This document shows positions 57,801-64,000 of a DNA stretch of 64,000 bases, piece after piece. Under the pieces are notes generated by a model. That model did not search any database. It was not told the origin of the DNA and saw nothing but the letters and a program-made list of their open reading frames with translations. The stretch covers positions 2,170,001 through 2,234,000 of the forward strand of contig OZ316775.1 in assembly GCA_973851085.1 (NCBI GenBank), written 5' to 3'. The position numbers and the translations under genes were made by a program. This DNA is from Ptychomitrium polyphyllum. Lineage: Eukaryota. Every line of letters starts with the position of its first letter. The first letter of the stretch is position 1.

Positions 57801-60800
57801 ACCAATAGAGTTCTAAGCTGAAAGGATCAATAAACACAACTGTGTGGTTACAAGATGGTGTGGTAAGGTCCGCAGCTATCTCACTAGGAACTTAACCAGC
57901 AGAGCTAGCAAAAGAGACATCTACATACAACAATGTATGTGGTTACTCGGCTCCGAACTACCACGGTAGATTAGACTGGCGTACTATATGAAGCGATAGC
58001 TAGATACTACGATGAGGTATCTTGATCTACGAACTGCGAGATTATTTAACCATAGAGAATGGCCGTTAAATCACATGAAAGCAAGCAGCAGTACGTCACA
58101 CCTCTCCTTGGGGTTCAAATAGTATTTTACGGCATACCCACTACCGAGACTAAAACAGAAACAGCCATATGGCTTGAATAGAAAGTAAAAAGAAAAAGAA
58201 AAAGGAAAAGAAATCTTACATAATGTTTAAACACTAGTATAATATCAAATGGAAACTAAATGATATCTATAAAGTAAACAGGGCACTACTGAATCGCGAT
58301 TGTATCTAATACCATCTAGATAAACGTGGATATCGCAAGAGAGACAGCCGTATTCATACATACAATGTTAAGTATGTATATAAACTACACGTATTACTGA
58401 GTAGCTACGAAACACCCCGCAGAAAGGTGAAAAACAAACAAATAAACAAACCCATTAAGGGGAAAAAGAAAAAAGAAAAAACATTGCTTCGGATTCTACC
58501 TCTGAAGTTTTTTGCAGGTTCTGCAAATGATAATGAATGGCATAAACACTGCAAAAGACTTCTGGAATCATCTATCTCTAAACGAAGTTTATGAACTAGA
58601 TGACAACATAACAAAGTTATCATGCAGGAATCATCCATGCACAGCACATAGAATAGCAACATTGCAACTAACTCCAGTTCCATGGCTAAAGTAAGAAAAC
58701 AGTGACAACACAAGCTACTACGGCATCAGCAGAAAGAAACTTTGTATCAATCCGAAGGTTTAAAGCCAAATGAAGTTTAACTTCTCAAAAAATCTAATAT
58801 GGTAACAGTACCAATATAATCCACTCATTATATTACATCCAAATGCATACCTGAGGGTGCATGCTATAACCATCTCCATAAACTTGTGGTTGCATCACAC
58901 CATACGAAGCCTCTGGACCAGGATATCCCCCATTGTATGCACCACCTGACGTAAACAGATAATTCAACTTATCAACCATCTGCTTGACGACGCACTCACA
59001 ACCTTCTAGTTATCAAAAAGGGCACGCAATCCAAGAGTTAACCATGGATATCCACCTAATGGCAGGTGGCTTCATATATATCATGAACGCAAACCAAACT
59101 TCAAACGCATTGAAGATTTTAAGGTGTCACTATAGTGCTACAAATCCTTAGAGAAAACAAGATGACAGGATAAGCACCTCAGGTGTACGTGCAATGAAGG
59201 GTTGACAATAAAACTCAGGACAACAGAAGGCATAAATATTTCTAGCTACGTGCAATGATATTACCTGGATGATGACGTGCCCTCTTCTCAGCATTGGTAG
59301 CTTCTGCTCGAAGCTTCTCTAAGTCTCTAGCCATATCCACAAGGTTCTTTTCCATAGCCTGCCTTTGCTCTAGCTGTTCGGCATTTGCTTTTTTTTCATA
59401 CTCGAACGCATTCCTGAAAAAGGTTGAATGAATGTTAGAAAAAAACGCTAGCACAAGTAACATCAAACACATTGTTCGTATAGACAAAACCAACCAGGAG
59501 AATTGCCAGTGACCTATGATGCTTATGCTGTTACTGTAAGGAATCCGATTTACTAACATTGAGGTCAACCGTAAGGTGAAACATTCAATGAACAACGACA
59601 CTTGTCAATGATTGTAGAAACTGTTGAACAATAGAGAACCATTTCTCTAGGCCCAACATGAGCTTTATTCATTGCAGAAGTTGAATGAACTTAATGCATA
59701 CAAACAAACAACCCACCAACAAGGACCTCAAAAATGGCCCTAAGCCAATAACGCATTTGAATGGACAGTAGAAACTGAAATACACATATAAAGAGACTTG
59801 TTCACAAATTCTTCTATGACGCGCTAGCCCACACCTCAAAACTCTAACCTAGTTAGGTCAGATACCTGGCCCGTTGCAACTCAGCAAGAAGATTGTCAAC
59901 CTCTGATCGCAATGGAGGAACCTGCTGCAATTCTCCTCGGGTTCGCTGCAACTCCTGGGTTATATTCCGAATTTGTTGATTCAAATCTTGAGAATGCAGA
60001 TGCAGTTTTTGACAATCTCCACGCGCTTGCAGAAGCTCCTGCTTAATGGGTTCTGTCGATCGCAAATCTGATTCTAGTTTTCCAACCTTTTCTATGAAGG
60101 ACCTAATCTGAGCATCCTTTTCTGAAGATATGCCTGTTCAATAGAACAACTGATACGTAAGAAATGACATCAGTCAAACCCAAACTAGTCAAACTCATCA
60201 AACTAGGTTGATCATATACTCATGATATAACACCAGCTTGTAAGACAAACGAGTCTCTTGAACACCTCAGTATTTGTGGCATTCAACACGAATCATTAAC
60301 TACATCAACAGACAGCTCAGTAACCAGTATGACCACCTCAGAAAGTATGAAGGGGCTGGCGCAAGAGGGATTCAAAACAATAACAAACAAGCTGAAGATA
60401 GATTTGAGCAAACTACAATTGAACAGTTAACCTGACACAATTCAGCCAACTCACACGCCCAAACAGAGCTCCAACTAGGTGATATGCAAAGCACTACGAT
60501 TACGGCCACTGATCATTGCTAGAATCACAACTTGTATCACCTGCAATTACGGAATTGAGTCGTTGCATTTCTTGCTGAGCTGCAGCCAGCTCCTGCCGAA
60601 GAGCCACATGTGTTGCTGCAAGGCGTTGATTCGCCGTCAAAAGGCTTTGGATCTCATCGTGCTGGTTTTGCATCTTCTGCTCTAGCATTCCCGGCATAGG
60701 TGGACCCGGCATCACTGGAGGTGGGCCACCCATCTGTGGTCTAACTGGACCATAGGGACCGGGACGGCCAACACCATTCGGATGTCCGGAGCGCGCATTC

Positions 60801-60829
60801 AGCACTGGCATGCGATTCCTATTCGCCAT
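51825..60829 (-). CDS. FLX-like coiled-coil + WW + Q/P-rich + RRM fusion protein (long isoform)
   Basis: Phase-consistent exons 60829-60541, 60133-59866, 59413-59265, 58945-58851, 55833-55549 ([28 protein letters not shown]), 55352-55061, 54903-54343, 54005-53898, 53718-53584 and 52069-51825 ([31 protein letters not shown]; ends RPY). FLX motifs [45 protein letters not shown]. Confidence 0.8.
57626..57715 (-). CDS. Alternative terminal exon of the FLX-like gene (short FLX-only isoform)
   Basis: Acceptor ccactcag| followed in phase 0 by [29 protein letters not shown], a G/Y/P-rich tail like those ending ordinary FLX-like proteins. The phase matches the donor at 58851. Confidence 0.7.
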   Translation of the reverse strand: MPYALESAAGYGPRTAPTWGGPPYKMPRR

Positions 60830-61628
60830 GTCGCTCCCCTTATTTATAACCTACCTGCGTCCTGCTCAACCCTCGAATATCAACAACAGTACTCCCAAGC
60901 TAACCAGAGAAGCTGAATCTTTCCCGCGAACCTACCCTTAAATCTTCAATGAGAAACAATGACAAAAGTAACAAAACCAAAATCAAAACCCGAAACAGAA
61001 AACCCCAAACCCGTGAACACCCATGGCATCTTACACACCTCCGCTACTACCCCACAAACTTCTAACACAAAGGGCTCCCTCACAAAACCTCAAAACTAAC
61101 CCCTACTACACCAACACTCTCACCAACACAGCCTCCAGTGCAGTCACGTAAAAACCCGATTACGACCAACCAAGACCCACATGAATCCAAAAAAAAACGA
61201 ACACGCAAACACACCGTCCTACTCACACTACACAGAACTAACCAACCAACCTCAAAAACAACAATACCGCCACAAGAGAGCCATGGAAAGAAGCAACAAC
61301 TACAACCGCAACTAGAACAACACTCAACCTAGATGAACGCCACATTAACTGAACGAAGCTACAGGAAGTGAATTACCTCTAATGAGATCGCCGTGACCCA
61401 GAACCTCCCACCCGATCGAAGCACCACAGTGAAGCCCACTGAAGTCCACCACCTCAGAAAGCGAAACAGCTTGATTACGGCACCAAAAAGGTCCGGAGAA
61501 AAACCAGGGAGACTGCGTGCGCGTGTGGTGCACTCCAGACTCGTTTTGCGATGGGCAGAGACGGAAGCTTAGGCTTCGAGGCCAGTGCGATGACGCGCAA
61601 GCTCTAGCTGAAGCTGAGCATGGAGTTC

Positions 61629-61637
61629 AAACCCTAA
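61629..61637. promoter_or_regulatory. Telo-box AAACCCTAA in the FLX-like gene 5' region
   Basis: Exact motif upstream of the presumed non-coding first exon (donor at about 61377). Confidence 0.45.
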
Positions 61638-64000
61638 CCTGCACCACCCTCACTTGACCGCCGTTCTGCCTTCTTTTGTTGCCCGGGCCACGGTGACCGG
61701 TGACCGGGGACAGGGGTGGGCAGTTCTAGAGGGCATTGGAGTGACCGGGAGTGGGGCGCTTTTTCCCGGTGGTCGTCGGTCGGAAACTAGTACGCAGATG
61801 GGAGGTGAGGTGGGCGTCGCGTCTTGGTTGCGGGTGCTGAGCTGGCTGCTGTATACGTGGATTTTGGGATGACCTGGATGCATTACTCTTGCACCCAACC
61901 TGGATGCTTTTGGACAGAGGGTAAGAAATTATTCTTTACATGCATGTTGTGAGAGGGTAAGAAATTACGGTTTTACGCATACAAAGATTCTGCAGGAAGA
62001 AAGGGAGTCTAGACACTGAGGGAAGGTTATAATAAGCATGTTCTAGCCTTTCAATCGTACTAGGTTCAGTCCTTCATATATTACCTCATAAGACAATCAC
62101 AAATAATATGATTGATCAACACTAATTATATTCTGCACTAATTTCTACTGCTTAGAAAGATAGCTTCGATTAACAGGTTGAATCAAATGAATATAGTGTT
62201 TATAAACATTCATCACTCATATAGTTAACTGATTATGTACTTAAGTATATCAATTACCTTCCATGTATTATGTATTATTCATTGAATTTGTATCTTACAA
62301 AAAAATGTTTAATAATTGAGGACATTTGAAGATAATAATAATTATGAAAGATGTTATTCAAATATATCAAAAACATTAAGGTATGTTTTCAAAAACATGT
62401 GGAATCATATATTTGAAGTTATATTAAATATGTTAATTAATAAATTATGTTATTTAATAAAAAATATACATTTAATTTAACTGATAATTTAATTAAAAAG
62501 TGATTCAATTCGTTTATTGCAAGAACTTAGATGGATGATGATACATGCATATAAACATAGTTAATTAAAAACCATTGATTTTAGATAAATCTAAATAACA
62601 ATAATAATTAAATCACTATATTTATACATATATAAATGAAGCTAATCAATAGTTGCACTTTTATGCATTTGAATAAAATACTTGTTAAATTGAATTGCAA
62701 TTTTTTTTGCATTTATATATGCCAAAAGAAGAATCATTTCTATAAGTTCCATTAAAAACAGTTCCAATCTTCAATTGCATATTAAGAATTTATTTTCTGT
62801 AAACTCTTTAATATGCATAATCTCATCTTTTACATGCATCTTTAGCACATTGTTAATATCTTATTGCTTCATACGTTCTTCATTGTTCCACTTCCAACTT
62901 TATAGATATTCAATTATCTATAATATCCTGTCATTGTAGACAATTACTTATACAATTTGATATAGGGGCATTTAGCCATATACTTGGAACAAGCATGTTT
63001 ATTATATCCAACAATGGTTCTTTACACTACTCATTCATATATGAAATTAAAAGAAACTAATTACAGTCACATATGATTAAGCAGATTCAATCCAAATTCT
63101 AATGCAAGTGAAAGTTTATTAGGCAATAGCCTGTATATTAAAAAAATTATGTGTTTCTTGTTTACAATGAAATTAATACCATGTTACATTAAAATTTTAC
63201 ATTACAATATATTCATTATAAATTAATACAATTTTTCTTTTTTAGTTATAAGTATCAAAATAAATATTACAATTTAATACTTAAAAGTATAATGTCTACC
63301 AACACTAACAATTTAAATGATATATAAAAAAAAAAGAAAGTATAAGGAATGAAATGAAATCACTTCATACAAGCTCATTCACTTGCATGAAACTAGCTTG
63401 ATTTAATCCACACCATTACATGCATTTGTAATGGCAAAGATAAGAATACTACATGAAAACTAGTGGTCCAAAATTAATGAATAAAAATGAAAACGAATTC
63501 AAAAATACATATGTTGTACTCAACCTGAAATTCTAACAAGTTTTTGAAGTTAATCTAAAAGTGCTCAAGCATTCGATTGTAACAAGTGGTAGATTGAAAC
63601 TAGTCACCTAGCTATTGTTACTTATTGTTTCCTATTCATGAAATATTTATTCAATTCTTAGCCCAGTTGACCAACACTGATAAAGTGAAATGGAGAATCT
63701 GCTTGTAGTTGCCTCACACCTATGGAAGGGAGACTCTGAGAAGTGTATATATGGCTCGTCATCTGCACAAGTATTGCTCCAGTTTTAATATGGTGGGTGC
63801 TCAGGTGAGCGCTCTCATTATCGTTGTTCTGGAAAGTGCAGCTACCTTAGTGTCTAACTTTGGAAACATCATTCTGTGCAGTAAGTGAAAACACGCGAGC
63901 ATTGAAGAGTAGGGGCCGGTTTCAACCTGACTTTTGATGCAGTTTTCTCTGAAGCATGAAAGTCTCCAGTATTCCACATTGTGATGACAATACCATTTCT

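Overview
Eukaryotic nuclear DNA from a land plant, most likely a moss (inferred from GT-AG introns, the gene families present and AT-rich gene-free blocks). Well-supported genes: a GH17 beta-1,3-glucanase, a USP-like-domain protein, an intron-containing tRNA-Met(CAT), a PMEI-PME pectin methylesterase, PIMT, chloroplast TatC, a CPL4-type Pol II CTD phosphatase and CFIm25. Three loci stand out. (1) An FLX-like coiled-coil gene has two phase-compatible 3' ends: a short FLX-only terminal exon, or a run of exons adding an FCA-like WW domain, a Q/P-rich region and a CELF-type RRM. It lies in tandem with CFIm25 and CPL4. (2) A large, low-complexity-looking gene has a last exon, missed by the ORF track, that resembles the C-terminus of the centriole protein Moonraker/KIAA0753. 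(3) An intronless, signal-peptide-bearing, bacterial-style bicupin pseudogene contains a near-perfect 12 x 27-bp in-frame expansion. Exon boundaries were read by eye and family calls rest on recognised motifs; no searches were run.
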